Positions 9,415 through 18,885 of a stretch of DNA of 58,217 bases are shown one piece after another. Every line of letters starts with the position of its first letter. The stretch's first letter is position 1. The translations under genes and the position numbers were made by a program. The stretch spans positions 1 through 58,217 of the forward strand of contig CAYHVH010000003.1 in assembly GCA_964360335.1 (NCBI GenBank), read 5' to 3'. The stretch is from an uncultured Candidatus Saccharibacteria bacterium. GTDB taxonomy: Bacteria > Patescibacteriota > Doudnabacteria > UBA920 > 2-01-FULL-46-14. The notes beneath the pieces are model-generated. The model did no database searches, was not told where the DNA came from, and worked only from the letters and a program-made list of their open reading frames with translations.

Positions 9415-9440
9415 TAAAAAAGCCGGTTTCGGCCGGCTTT
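9415..9440 (-). terminator. rho-independent terminator of the sugar transferase gene
   Basis: The minus strand reads aaagccggccgaaaccggctttttt: a GC hairpin followed by a T-run. Confidence 0.7.
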
Positions 9441-9514
9441 ATACCAATTAGGCGTTTCTTTTTATTCTCCTTAGTTTCAAGGCCCCCGGAGCCTGCTCTG
9501 CTCCTCCAGGTGGC

Positions 9515-10894
9515 TTATTGTCCCAGCCCGCTTAAGATAATGTTTATAGTTTTGAGCATGACTCCGAGATCCAAAGGGAGCGACCGGTTCTTGATATAGA
9601 ACAGGTCATATTGAAGTTTTTTGAGGGCGTCGCCCGTTGAGGCGCCGTACTGAAAGTTGATTTGCGCCCAACCGGTAAGTCCTGGTTTGACGAGATGCCG
9701 CTCGTTGTAAAAGGGGATAAGCGTTTGTAACTCCCTGACGAATTCCGGGCGTTCTGGCCGGGGGCCCACAAAGCTCATATCTCCTAACAAGATATTTAGG
9801 AGTTGAGGGACTTCATCAATTCTGGTTTTTCGGAGCAGCCGACCAACACGCGTCACCCGAGGGTCATTAATTTTTGCCCATTGGGCTTCGCCATTTTTTT
9901 CCGCCCCCACGATCATACTCCGGAACTTGATGGCTTGAAAAGGCTTGCCCAATCGACCGATGCGGATCTGTCTGAAAAATACTGGTCCGGGACTGTCAAT
10001 TTTAATTAGCACCGCGACCAAAGGAATCAAAGGCAAGCTTAACAGAAAACTTAGTCCCGCCAAAGTCAAATCCATAATCCTTTTCGTAATTTCATAGAGA
10101 GTTTTTTCACTCTCCGTTAAATTTTCCAGAAACCAGATGTGGCCGATAGTTGTGACTGGCACTTTTCCGGTCAATTTTTCATAAAAAGTCGGAAGGTCAA
10201 AAAACTGCAGCTTCAAGGCCAGGCTCTCGTAGAGATTTTGGACCAGTTCCGGATGATGGTGGGGGTCAAAAGAGGTGACGACAGTACTGATATTTTGCTC
10301 CCGGAGCAGTTTTTTGAGATTGACGGTACTGTCAAAGATCGCCACTTCCGGAATTTTTTTTTCGTCTTGATAGCCGTCATGGATGATGGCCGCGATCCGG
10401 TAGCCCAATTGGGGTTTTTTGATAATTTCCGCAATGAGCTCTTTCGCTTCGTCTTTCATGCCAATTAATAAAACGTTTTTCAGGAAAGACGGTCGTTGCA
10501 AGAAAGAGTTAAACCAGTAACGCCACAGCGGCAGCAAGACCAGGGAAAAGCCCATAAAGATGAAAAATACCGCCCGCGGCTTAATATCAAAGAGCCTGTC
10601 AGTGAGGAGGTAAAAGTAAGCGGCCGAGATGCCAAAGTTAATTAGCAAATTGCGCAGAATTTTATTGTAAAATTCCACGTCATTTTTGCTTGCGGAAATG
10701 TCGTAGAGTCCGTTGATGTAAAAAATTATGATCCATATCGCAAACAGGATGGAAAAAGGCATGAAATTTTCCTGCCATACGGCTGCTCCGGGAATTTGCC
10801 AGCGCCGCAGCAGTAGCGTGAGGTACAAACCCAAATACAGCGCCAAAAGGTCTCCGCCCAGTAGTGCCGCCCTTTTTAATCTCGTGAGTAGCAT
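9515..10894 (-). CDS. undecaprenyl-phosphate sugar phosphotransferase (WbaP/EpsB Bac_transf family)
   Basis: KFRSM, DPRVTRVGRLLRKTRIDEVPQLLNILLGDMSFVGPRPERP and several N-terminal TM segments. The start is placed at the ATG at 10894 (MLLTRLKR). The ORF is open up to 11041. Confidence 0.85.
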   Translation of the reverse strand: MLLTRLKRAALLGGDLLALYLGLYLTLLLRRWQIPGAAVWQENFMPFSILFAIWIIIFYINGLYDISASKNDVEFYNKILRNLLINFGISAAYFYLLTDRLFDIKPRAVFFIFMGFSLVLLPLWRYWFNSFLQRPSFLKNVLLIGMKDEAKELIAEIIKKPQLGYRIAAIIHDGYQDEKKIPEVAIFDSTVNLKKLLREQNISTVVTSFDPHHHPELVQNLYESLALKLQFFDLPTFYEKLTGKVPVTTIGHIWFLENLTESEKTLYEITKRIMDLTLAGLSFLLSLPLIPLVAVLIKIDSPGPVFFRQIRIGRLGKPFQAIKFRSMIVGAEKNGEAQWAKINDPRVTRVGRLLRKTRIDEVPQLLNILLGDMSFVGPRPERPEFVRELQTLIPFYNERHLVKPGLTGWAQINFQYGASTGDALKKLQYDLFYIKNRSLPLDLGVMLKTINIILSGLGQ

Positions 10895-11039
10895 TTGCCT
10901 TAGTATAGCAAAATCGGCAGAAAACCACACCGCTTTTTGATAACCGCCAAAGTGGAAGTTAGCCGCCCCGAATTGACCGAGACCGACTGGGTTGATCCCG
11001 GAATTTGACCGAGGGTCAGGGGTCTTGTAACATTGAATC

Positions 11040-13280
11040 ATGGCCGTAGCCCAAGAAGAGAGACTTTCTTTTTATTTCCTGCGAATCATTCTCTACGCTT
11101 TATTGCTCACCCCGTTATGGGTCTGGAGCATTTTTTTATTCCCGTTCATCACCACCAAAATTTTGTATTTCCGGTTGCTTCTAGAGCTTCTGGTTTTGTG
11201 CTATGCGGTTCTGGCTTGGAAATATCCGGAGATTCGTCCCCGGTTTAACTGGCTTCTGAAAACCGTGTGGTTGTACCTCCTAGTGGTTGTGGTGACCAGC
11301 ATTTTCGGGCTGAATTTCGGAAGCAGTTTTATGGGTACGGTCGAACGGGGCGAGGGGATTGTGACCTTGTTGCATTTCGCGGCCTATTTTACCATCTTGA
11401 CTGGGGTTTTGCGCACTAAGCGGGAGTGGTATCGATATCTGATGTTTGCCGTGTCTGTGACCTTGGTCGTTGCCCTCTATGGTCTGGCGCAGCTTCTAAA
11501 AGCTCCCTTTGTCATTGAGCCTGGTGCGACCAGGATTTCTGGGACGATCGGCAATGCGGCATTTTTCGCGGCGTACTTGCAGTTCGGTGTTTTTTTGTCA
11601 TTGTACCTCCTCCGCCAAGCGCCGACCCTGGCGCAACGGGTATATTTGTGGGTCGTGCTCCTATTTGAGCTCGTGATGTTGTTTCAGAGTCAGACCCGAG
11701 GGGCACTGCTGGCAACCCTGCTGGCTTTTCTGTTGTATTTTCTGGTGAATCTCTGGAAAACCCAGGGGCGAAAGCCTAAACTTTTGTTCTCGGGTTTGCT
11801 GATTTTGTTCCTGCTGGCTGGTACTGGAGTTTATCTAAATCGCCATGCGACTTGGGTCAAAGTCAACCCTACCTTGTCGCGGCTGGTTTCCATTTCCCGC
11901 GAGGATATCACTACCCAATCCCGGTTAGATACCTGGGCCGCTTCTTGGCGGGCCTTCCGGGATCGATTGTTTTTGGGTTATGGCTACGAGAATTATAATC
12001 TAGCGTTTAATAAATATTTTCCCGCCCGGATTTTCAAAGACCAAGGGAGCCAAATTTGGTTTGACCGCGCCCACAATATCGTTTTTGACGTGGGAGTGAC
12101 TTCGGGGGTTTTTGGACTTTTGGCCTTCTTAGGAATTTTTCTGGCGGCTGGGGTAGTCCTAGTTCGGCTGTTCCGGCGGCCGCCGCCGAGCTTTAGTTGG
12201 CAGGATCCGGTGATTTTGGCGGTCTTACTTTTGGCGTATTTTTTGCAAAACCTTTTCGTCTTTGATACTCAGGCGACCTACCTGATGTTTTTTGTGGTGC
12301 TCGCCCATCTGGCTTTTTTGCAGACTTTTGCGGGAGGGGAGGCCAAATCACTGCAGGCGGCGAAGAGTTACCATCCCGGTTTGGTATTTCCAGTAATGCT
12401 GGCGATTCTAATGGTAGTGCTGGCGTATTTCGTCAATCTGCAGCCGGCCCGGGCCAATTATCTGACCATTAGGGCGATCAAAGCCGCTCGCGAGCGCCAG
12501 TACCAGTTGCTGAAGCCGACCTTTGAGCGCGCTTTGTCCCTCGGCACCTATATGGACCAGGAGATTCGTCAGCGGATGGTTGACTATGCCTATGAAGCGA
12601 TAAACAGCGGGCAACTCCCGGCTAAGGCCCAAGGAGAATTTTCTCAGTATCTCGTAGCAGAACTGAAAAAAAATATCCGGCAAGCCCCGCACGACGCCAA
12701 AAATTATCTGTATCTTATGAATGTTTTAAATCGTTTTCCCAGCAGTACTGCCACCATTGATGAGGTTTTGAGTTTGGGCGAAACCGCACTGCGCTTGTCG
12801 CCAACCCGGCCCCAAATTTATACCGAGCTGGGCGAAGCTTACTTTGCCAAAAAGGACGCGGAACAGGGACTCCTGGCTTTTCGCAAAGCAGTGGACCTTA
12901 ACCCTCGACCAAAGGAATCTCGCTTTAACTATTTGTTGGCGGCCATTCTGGCCGGTCGGGAGGATATTGTGCAGAGTGAATTGCAGATTTTAGGAGGCGG
13001 GCAGCCTGGCTACGAGTTGACTGCCGTGGATTACCAAAACATCGCCCGCGTTTATTTCCGAGCCGGGAACAAGCTTCGAGCCATTGAAAATTATCAGCAG
13101 GCCCTTAAACTCCGGCCAGCTGATCCGGATTTGCACAGCAAACTGGCGGCCGCCTACGGCGAAGCCTGTGATCTTCCAAACGCCCAGCGGGAGGTGGACG
13201 AAGTCGTCCGCTTGAATCCGTCCTTTGCCCTGCAGGCCGGGGAGTTTTTGCGGCAACTGGAAATAAAGTGTCAGAAATGA
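11040..13280 (+). CDS. O-antigen ligase family (Wzy_C) membrane protein with C-terminal TPR repeats
   Basis: More than 10 TM segments, QTRGALLATLLAFLLYF, FLGYGYENY and RAHNIVFDV. The C-terminal 250 aa contain TPR-like AxxYxxALxLxP repeats. Confidence 0.75.
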   Translation: MAVAQEERLSFYFLRIILYALLLTPLWVWSIFLFPFITTKILYFRLLLELLVLCYAVLAWKYPEIRPRFNWLLKTVWLYLLVVVVTSIFGLNFGSSFMGTVERGEGIVTLLHFAAYFTILTGVLRTKREWYRYLMFAVSVTLVVALYGLAQLLKAPFVIEPGATRISGTIGNAAFFAAYLQFGVFLSLYLLRQAPTLAQRVYLWVVLLFELVMLFQSQTRGALLATLLAFLLYFLVNLWKTQGRKPKLLFSGLLILFLLAGTGVYLNRHATWVKVNPTLSRLVSISREDITTQSRLDTWAASWRAFRDRLFLGYGYENYNLAFNKYFPARIFKDQGSQIWFDRAHNIVFDVGVTSGVFGLLAFLGIFLAAGVVLVRLFRRPPPSFSWQDPVILAVLLLAYFLQNLFVFDTQATYLMFFVVLAHLAFLQTFAGGEAKSLQAAKSYHPGLVFPVMLAILMVVLAYFVNLQPARANYLTIRAIKAARERQYQLLKPTFERALSLGTYMDQEIRQRMVDYAYEAINSGQLPAKAQGEFSQYLVAELKKNIRQAPHDAKNYLYLMNVLNRFPSSTATIDEVLSLGETALRLSPTRPQIYTELGEAYFAKKDAEQGLLAFRKAVDLNPRPKESRFNYLLAAILAGREDIVQSELQILGGGQPGYELTAVDYQNIARVYFRAGNKLRAIENYQQALKLRPADPDLHSKLAAAYGEACDLPNAQREVDEVVRLNPSFALQAGEFLRQLEIKCQK

Positions 13281-13376
13281 TATAATAACAACAAGGTCAA
13301 AAATTTCGAAGCCTGAAATCCTAGTCTGCGATTGCAGGCGAAATTCCAAACAAATCTCAATAATCAAAATTCAAAA

Positions 13377-15125
13377 ATGGCTTTGGCCTCAACTGATCTG
13401 CGAAAAATTTTAGTGGATCAGAAAATCATCAAGCAGGAGGATTTCGACCAGCTGGAAAAGGAGGCAACGGATAAAAAACAGACGCTGGTCAATTATTTAG
13501 TGGTGCGCAAAATCATTCCCGAGGACAGACTGGCGGAACTGGTGAGCGAATTTTTGAAAACTCCCCTCATTGATCTCACAAAAATTAAGATTCCCCAGGA
13601 GGTCTTGAAAATCATTCCTGAACCGATCGCTCACCGTCACCAGGTTATCGCCTTTAAGAAGCGCGGGGAGGAGCTGGACTTGGCGATGACCGACCCCGAA
13701 GATCTGCAAACCCGAGAGTTCGTGAAAAAGAAAACCGGCTTTATCATCAAGCCGCATTTGGTCACGAGGACCGGTTTGGATTATGCCCTTTCCCAATACC
13801 ATAGCAGTTTGAAGGCGGAGTTTGAGAAGATTCTGACGAGCAAAAAAGCTGAAGCGCCAGTAGCCGGGGAAGCGGAGGAGGACGTGAAACTCAAAAAAAT
13901 GGCGGATGAGATTCCGGTGGTCCGGGTGGTGGACACCCTTTTGGAATACGCGATTTTCGAGGGAGCATCGGATATCCATATTGAACCGCAGGAGAAAGAA
14001 GTCACGGTGCGCTACCGGATTGACGGGATTCTCCATGACGCGATGACCTTACCAAAGATTATTCAGCCGGCTTTGGTGGCGCGCATCAAAGTGCTTTCCA
14101 ATCTCAAGATTGACGAACACCGCCTCCCGCAGGACGGGCGATTTAAAATTCAGACCGAGGAATATTATATTTCCTTCCGGGTTTCCACGATTCCGATCTT
14201 TGACGGCGAGAAAGTTGTGCTCCGGCTTTTGGATGAGGGGGCCAAAGCCTTGACCTTTGAGGAGTTGGGCTTTGCCCGAACTTCTCTGGAAATCATCAAG
14301 CGCAACCTTAGTCGCCCTCATGGCATGACCCTTATCACCGGACCGACTGGTTCCGGCAAATCCACCACTCTGTACACCATCCTGACCAAACTCAATACCA
14401 AAGGAGTAAATATCAGCACCATTGAGGATCCGATTGAGTACCGGATCATGGGGGTAAACCAGATGCAGGTCAATCCTAAAATTGGTCTGACTTTTGCTAT
14501 CGGTTTGCGAGCCTTGCTCCGCCAAGACCCGAATATCATTATGATCGGGGAAATTCGGGATTTGGAAACCTCGGAAGAGGCGGTGCACGCCGCGATGACC
14601 GGTCATATTGTCCTTTCGACCTTGCATACCAACAATGCGGCGGGGGCCATCCCGCGACTTCTGGACATCGGGGTGGAGCCATACCTCATTGCCTCTACGC
14701 TCAATACCATAGTTGGCCAGCGGCTGGTGCGGAAAGTTTGTGCTGACTGCAAAATTGCCAAAAAGCTGGATGAAAAGGAAATTCAGAGTCTCTCGACGGA
14801 TTTTAATCTCGACCACCTTTTGGAGGTGATGAAGCAGGAGCAAGTTTTGGACAAAAAAGTTAAGCATTTCCGGGATGTGGAATTTTTTGAGGGACGGGGT
14901 TGCGAGAAGTGCGGGCAGACCGGCTACCGGGGCCGGATGGGCATCTACGAGGTTTTGGATGTGACCGAAAATGTGGCCAAACTGATTTTGGCCCGGTCCA
15001 CAACCAGCCAAATTCAGGGGCAGGCCGTGAGTGAGAGGATGGTTTTGATGTGGCAGGACGGTTTCATCAAAGCCCATCTCGGTTTGACCACCATTGCCGA
15101 AGTGCTGCGGGTAACCAAGGAATAA
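13377..15125 (+). CDS. pilB: type IV pilus assembly ATPase (GspE/PilB family)
   Basis: Walker A GPTGSGKST, IIMIGEIRD, His-box TGHIVLSTLHTN and tetracysteine CADC...CEKC. The ATG at 13377 is preferred over the TTG at 13332. Confidence 0.9.
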   Translation: MALASTDLRKILVDQKIIKQEDFDQLEKEATDKKQTLVNYLVVRKIIPEDRLAELVSEFLKTPLIDLTKIKIPQEVLKIIPEPIAHRHQVIAFKKRGEELDLAMTDPEDLQTREFVKKKTGFIIKPHLVTRTGLDYALSQYHSSLKAEFEKILTSKKAEAPVAGEAEEDVKLKKMADEIPVVRVVDTLLEYAIFEGASDIHIEPQEKEVTVRYRIDGILHDAMTLPKIIQPALVARIKVLSNLKIDEHRLPQDGRFKIQTEEYYISFRVSTIPIFDGEKVVLRLLDEGAKALTFEELGFARTSLEIIKRNLSRPHGMTLITGPTGSGKSTTLYTILTKLNTKGVNISTIEDPIEYRIMGVNQMQVNPKIGLTFAIGLRALLRQDPNIIMIGEIRDLETSEEAVHAAMTGHIVLSTLHTNNAAGAIPRLLDIGVEPYLIASTLNTIVGQRLVRKVCADCKIAKKLDEKEIQSLSTDFNLDHLLEVMKQEQVLDKKVKHFRDVEFFEGRGCEKCGQTGYRGRMGIYEVLDVTENVAKLILARSTTSQIQGQAVSERMVLMWQDGFIKAHLGLTTIAEVLRVTKE

Positions 15126-15131
15126 CAAGCT

Positions 15132-16349
15132 ATGGCAGAATTTTCTTATACAGCCCGGAATCGAGAGGGGGAGGCGGTTGCTGATACCATCGAGGCGCCT
15201 TCCCGCGCGGCCGTGGGGCAACTCTTGAGGAGCCAAGGTTTGCTGCCGACCGCGATTGTTGTCAAGTCCAGAAGGGTTCTTGAGCTGGGAGCAATCCTTC
15301 CTTCGGTTTGGCGCGGGGTTTCTTTGCTCGAGCGCCTGACCTTCATCAAGAATTTATCAGTTACCATCAAAGCCGGTTTACCAGTAGCCAGAGCCCTCAA
15401 TGTTTTAGGGAAGCAGATGCCCAATCCCTATTTTCGCGGCGTAGTGGCAGAGATTGCCCACCACGTGGAAACCGGCAAAACTTTATCGGAAAGCATGGCC
15501 GCTTTTCCCAAGATTTTTTCACCGATGGTTACCAACATGGTGAAGGTTGGCGAGCAGACCGGCGATCTGGACAAAAATTTGGAATATTTGGGGTCCCAAA
15601 TCTCTCGGGATTACAATTTGATTCGCCGGACCCGGGGCGCGTTAATGTACCCGGCGGTGGTGGTGATTGCCCTGGTGCTGATTGGTTATTTGATGTTCAG
15701 CTTTGTTTTGCCGCGCCTCACGGAAACTTTCAAGGAGTTTGATACCCAATTGCCGGCCTTGACGGTCGCCATCATCAAGTTGGTTGACCTATTTTCCCAT
15801 TATTCTTTAGTGCTGTTGCTGTTCCTTTTAGCCTTGGTAGTGGGCTTTCGCTTCTGGCGGCGGACGAAAAGTGGCAAAGCGGTGACGCACAAGTTCAATC
15901 TGACGGTGCCGGTGATTGGTAAAATTGTGAAGAAGTTCAACCTCGCCCGGCTTACCATTATCTTTAGCGGGCTGTTGCGTTCCGGGATGCCCATCGTTGA
16001 GGCCTTGAAAATCACCAGCGACACCATGACCAACCTTTATTACCAGCAGGCCTTGGCCGAGGCGGCGGACAAGGTCAAAATCGGGGTGGACCTGGTGGTC
16101 GCTTTGGAGAAATACCCCAAGCTCTTTACTCCGATGGTCACCCAGATGATTCAGGTCGGGGAGGAAACAGGCACGATGGAACAAGTTTTGGCCGAGGTTT
16201 CCAATTTTTACGAAGCCGAGGTCGATGACACGGTAAAGAACCTCTCTTCGATTATTGAGCCCCTGATGGTGATGATCATTGGCGCCGTGGTTGGGGTGCT
16301 GGCCGTGGGCTTGATTTTACCAATTTATAATATCGGGCAGAATATATGA
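15132..16349 (+). CDS. pilC: type IV pilus platform protein (GspF/PilC family)
   Basis: 405 aa with two T2SSF-like repeats and three hydrophobic spans. Immediately follows pilB. Confidence 0.85.
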   Translation: MAEFSYTARNREGEAVADTIEAPSRAAVGQLLRSQGLLPTAIVVKSRRVLELGAILPSVWRGVSLLERLTFIKNLSVTIKAGLPVARALNVLGKQMPNPYFRGVVAEIAHHVETGKTLSESMAAFPKIFSPMVTNMVKVGEQTGDLDKNLEYLGSQISRDYNLIRRTRGALMYPAVVVIALVLIGYLMFSFVLPRLTETFKEFDTQLPALTVAIIKLVDLFSHYSLVLLLFLLALVVGFRFWRRTKSGKAVTHKFNLTVPVIGKIVKKFNLARLTIIFSGLLRSGMPIVEALKITSDTMTNLYYQQALAEAADKVKIGVDLVVALEKYPKLFTPMVTQMIQVGEETGTMEQVLAEVSNFYEAEVDDTVKNLSSIIEPLMVMIIGAVVGVLAVGLILPIYNIGQNI

Positions 16350-16807
16350 AAGGGTTTACCCCGTTAGAAATTTTTATTGGCCGCACTGGACTACCTCGAT
16401 GGCGCGCGAAGTCGGGGAGTGGGGAATTTCTAACGGGGTTCACTCTGATTGAAGTAATCATCGGCTTGGCTTTACTTTTGGCGACGATAAGTATTTTTGG
16501 GGTGGCCATCTCCACTTTGCCCTTGACCAAAACGGCCAGGAACCAGAATCTGGCCTACCACCTGGCGGCCAAAAAATTGGAGGAGTTGCGCAATACGCCT
16601 TTTGCGATCCTCCCCCCCGGCGGATCGTTTACTGATCCGGGACTAAGTAATCTGCCCAGTTCCACTGCCAGCCTCACCATCGCGGATTATCAGGACAGCA
16701 GCGAAATTAAACGAGCAACCGTCACCGTCAGTTGGGAAGACCAGGGAGCTGCGCGCAGCATTGAGCTCGATACCCTGATTAGCCAAGGGGGTGTTAGCCG
16801 GCCATGA
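16346..16807 (+). CDS. prepilin-type N-terminal cleavage/methylation domain protein (pseudopilin) with a 31-aa leader
   Basis: The G|FTLIEVIIGLALLL class III signal lies after residue 31. The leader contains an 84-nt palindromic insert. Confidence 0.8.
   Translation: MKGFTPLEIFIGRTGLPRWRAKSGSGEFLTGFTLIEVIIGLALLLATISIFGVAISTLPLTKTARNQNLAYHLAAKKLEELRNTPFAILPPGGSFTDPGLSNLPSSTASLTIADYQDSSEIKRATVTVSWEDQGAARSIELDTLISQGGVSRP
16355..16438. repeat. family D palindromic element (ACCCCGTTAGAAATT ... AATTTCTAACGGGGT) inserted in frame in the prepilin leader
   Basis: 15-nt perfect inverted arms at 16358-16372 and 16425-16439. It is flanked by the direct repeat GGGTTyAC. The length is 84 nt (28 codons). 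Confidence 0.85.
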
Positions 16808-17424
16808 AGATTTCTAACAGAATGAGCCAGGCCCTTACCCCGTTAAAAATTTTTGTGACCCGGAGGAAATTTCTAACCGGGTTTACTTTAGGAGAACTGA
16901 CGGTGGTGATTGCGTTATTTTCCGTGCTGATTACCGTCGGAGTCGGGATTTTCCTCTACAATAATCGTTTTTATGAGACCCAATCGGGCGAGATTTTTTC
17001 CATTACCGCCACGCGGGAGGCCTCTGACCGGATTAATGAGTATGCCCGGGCCGCGGTGGCTTTTGAGCCGAGCCGGATTTACGACGGGAGAAATTACACC
17101 ACCGGCACCCAGGTCGTCATTTTGAAATTGCCGGCGCTTGATGCCGCCGACCAGGTAATCAGTGAGAAGTTTGATTATGCGATTATCGGCTCTAATCCCT
17201 CGAATGCCAAACGATTGGAATTAATTTTGGATCCTGACGCGGTGAGCAGCCGCGGCGCGCGCCTGCTCCTTCTGTCCGAACGGCTGACCAGCATAAATTT
17301 TACCTACGATGATCCCAATTTGGCGCTAGCCAGAAAATTGAGCTACGAGATTGTGGTTACTGACATCGGCCGCAGTCCTGGTTCGGAACAGATTTTTGGT
17401 TCGGCAACTTTACGTAACAAGTAA
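16804..17424 (+). CDS. prepilin-type N-terminal domain protein (pseudopilin)
   Basis: RKFLTG|FTLGELTVVIALFSVLI, with a conserved Glu at +5. The start overlaps the previous stop. Confidence 0.7.
   Translation: MKISNRMSQALTPLKIFVTRRKFLTGFTLGELTVVIALFSVLITVGVGIFLYNNRFYETQSGEIFSITATREASDRINEYARAAVAFEPSRIYDGRNYTTGTQVVILKLPALDAADQVISEKFDYAIIGSNPSNAKRLELILDPDAVSSRGARLLLLSERLTSINFTYDDPNLALARKLSYEIVVTDIGRSPGSEQIFGSATLRNK
16837..16882. repeat. family D palindromic element (imperfect copy) in the second prepilin leader
   Basis: accccgttaaaaattt and aaatttctaaccgggt form inverted arms with two mismatches. Confidence 0.65.
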
Positions 17425-17436
17425 GCGATGTAATTT

Positions 17437-18801
17437 ATGGACCAAGTTCGACAAGCCGGGCAGATCATTATCATCGCCTTGATTTTTATGGTGGTAATTT
17501 TGGTCTTGGTCGGCGCCCTCTTGGGTTTTGTTTTTCAAAACGTGGGAGGCACGAGAAGAGCCGTCGCCGGGGAGCAGGCTTTGCAGTTGGCCGATGCCGG
17601 TATTGACAAGGCCGTGTGGCGGCTGAACCAGACTGCCGGGGCCTTTAGCGGCGAGACGGACACGGTTTTGGGAACTGGAGTCTTTGACGTGAGTGTTGCG
17701 ACTCTTTCCGGAAATCTCAAAGAAGTCACCGCTACCGGCTACGTGCCGAACAAAACTAACCCCCAGGCTAGAAAACAAGTCAAAGTCCAAGTGAGCATCG
17801 ACACCACGACGATTAGTTTTAATTACGGGATTTTAGTCGGGGAAGGGGGACTGCAGCTCCAGAATAGTGCGCGGGTCGTGGGGAATGTCTACAGCAATGG
17901 TCTGATTGACGGGACCGGGGGCACGGCCAGAATTACCGGCGATGTCTATTCGGCCGGTCCAAGCGGGAGAATTTTCAATCGCGTGCAAATTGACGGGAGT
18001 GCCCACGCGCACCGGATTGACACAAACGTGACCATCGGCGGGAGCGCTTACGGACAGATTATGGATCGCGTCACAGTGGGGGGCAATGTTTTCACGAATT
18101 CCCTAAGCCGCTGCACGATTGGCGGCAATGCCTTCTTCACCACCAAGACCGCCTGCACCATTGCTGGGAGCCAAACCACCCCATACTCCGGGGAGCCAGA
18201 TCCGCCGCCCGAAACCTTTCCGCCCATTCCCAGCTCGCAAATTGAGAGCTGGAAAGCCCAAGCGGCGTCCGGCGGGACGATTACCGGCAATTATCTTTTG
18301 AGCGGGACCCAGCAAGCTTCCTTGGGGCCGAAAAAGATTGTGGGGGACTTGCGGCTCAGCAACACCGCCCGGCTCACACTCACTGGCCCCCTGTGGGTCA
18401 CCGGTGAGATCGAGATCACCAACAGTGCCGTTGTCGCGCTGGCCGCCTCTTACGGGAACAATAGCGAAGTGATGATCGCCGACGGCATTATCGAAGTCAA
18501 GAACAGCGCGGTGTTTCAAAAGGCCGGACCAAATAGTTACATCATGCTTCTGACCACCGCCACGGGCAACGACGACCAGTTTGAAATTGGCAACAGCGCG
18601 GATGGGCTGATTGCCTATGCTCCAAATGGAGAGGTGGAAATCACTAACAGCGCTGGGCTACGGGAAATCGTTGGCTGGCGAGTGGAGGTAAAGAATAGCG
18701 CGCAAGTCACTTATGAATCAGGATTGGCGAATGTTAACTTCTCTAGCGGGCCGGGCGGTTCTTGGACGGTGGTCCGAGGAACCTGGCGGGAAATCAAATA
18801 A
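17437..18801 (+). CDS. pilus-associated protein: PilX-like N-terminal anchor plus beta-helix-like repeats
   Basis: The N-terminus QIIIIALIFMVVILVLVGALLG is a hydrophobic anchor with no G-F-T-L-x-E motif. The middle has repeated GNVYSNG / GDVYSAG / GGNVFTNS / GGNAFFTT units. Confidence 0.45.
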   Translation: MDQVRQAGQIIIIALIFMVVILVLVGALLGFVFQNVGGTRRAVAGEQALQLADAGIDKAVWRLNQTAGAFSGETDTVLGTGVFDVSVATLSGNLKEVTATGYVPNKTNPQARKQVKVQVSIDTTTISFNYGILVGEGGLQLQNSARVVGNVYSNGLIDGTGGTARITGDVYSAGPSGRIFNRVQIDGSAHAHRIDTNVTIGGSAYGQIMDRVTVGGNVFTNSLSRCTIGGNAFFTTKTACTIAGSQTTPYSGEPDPPPETFPPIPSSQIESWKAQAASGGTITGNYLLSGTQQASLGPKKIVGDLRLSNTARLTLTGPLWVTGEIEITNSAVVALAASYGNNSEVMIADGIIEVKNSAVFQKAGPNSYIMLLTTATGNDDQFEIGNSADGLIAYAPNGEVEITNSAGLREIVGWRVEVKNSAQVTYESGLANVNFSSGPGGSWTVVRGTWREIK

Positions 18802-18823
18802 TTTTTACGGGTTTCAGGAATCG

Positions 18824-18832
18824 TGGTATAAT
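18824..18832 (+). promoter_or_regulatory. extended -10 promoter element TGGTATAAT upstream of pilM
   Basis: Exact TGnTATAAT, 54 nt before the ATG at 18886. Confidence 0.45.
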
Positions 18833-18885
18833 AAAATATACTGTCAGTGATGAAGAAACAAAAAATTTAGGACGAAACAATTTTG

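Noticed and set aside
10895-11041. 49-codon N-terminal extension of the sugar transferase ORF
   Set aside because: The extension would overlap the divergent gene start at 11040. The internal ATG at 10894 begins a typical MLLTRLKR-plus-TM N-terminus. This is not proven.
14049-15236. 395-aa ORF on the minus strand
   Set aside because: It is a shadow frame of pilB/pilC. It has no motifs, and the plus-strand products are unambiguous.
16355-16438. Invertible phase-variation switch in the pilin gene
   Set aside because: The segment between the inverted arms is only about 52 nt, carries no promoter, and has no dedicated invertase nearby. A hairpin-forming insertion with a flanking direct repeat fits better.
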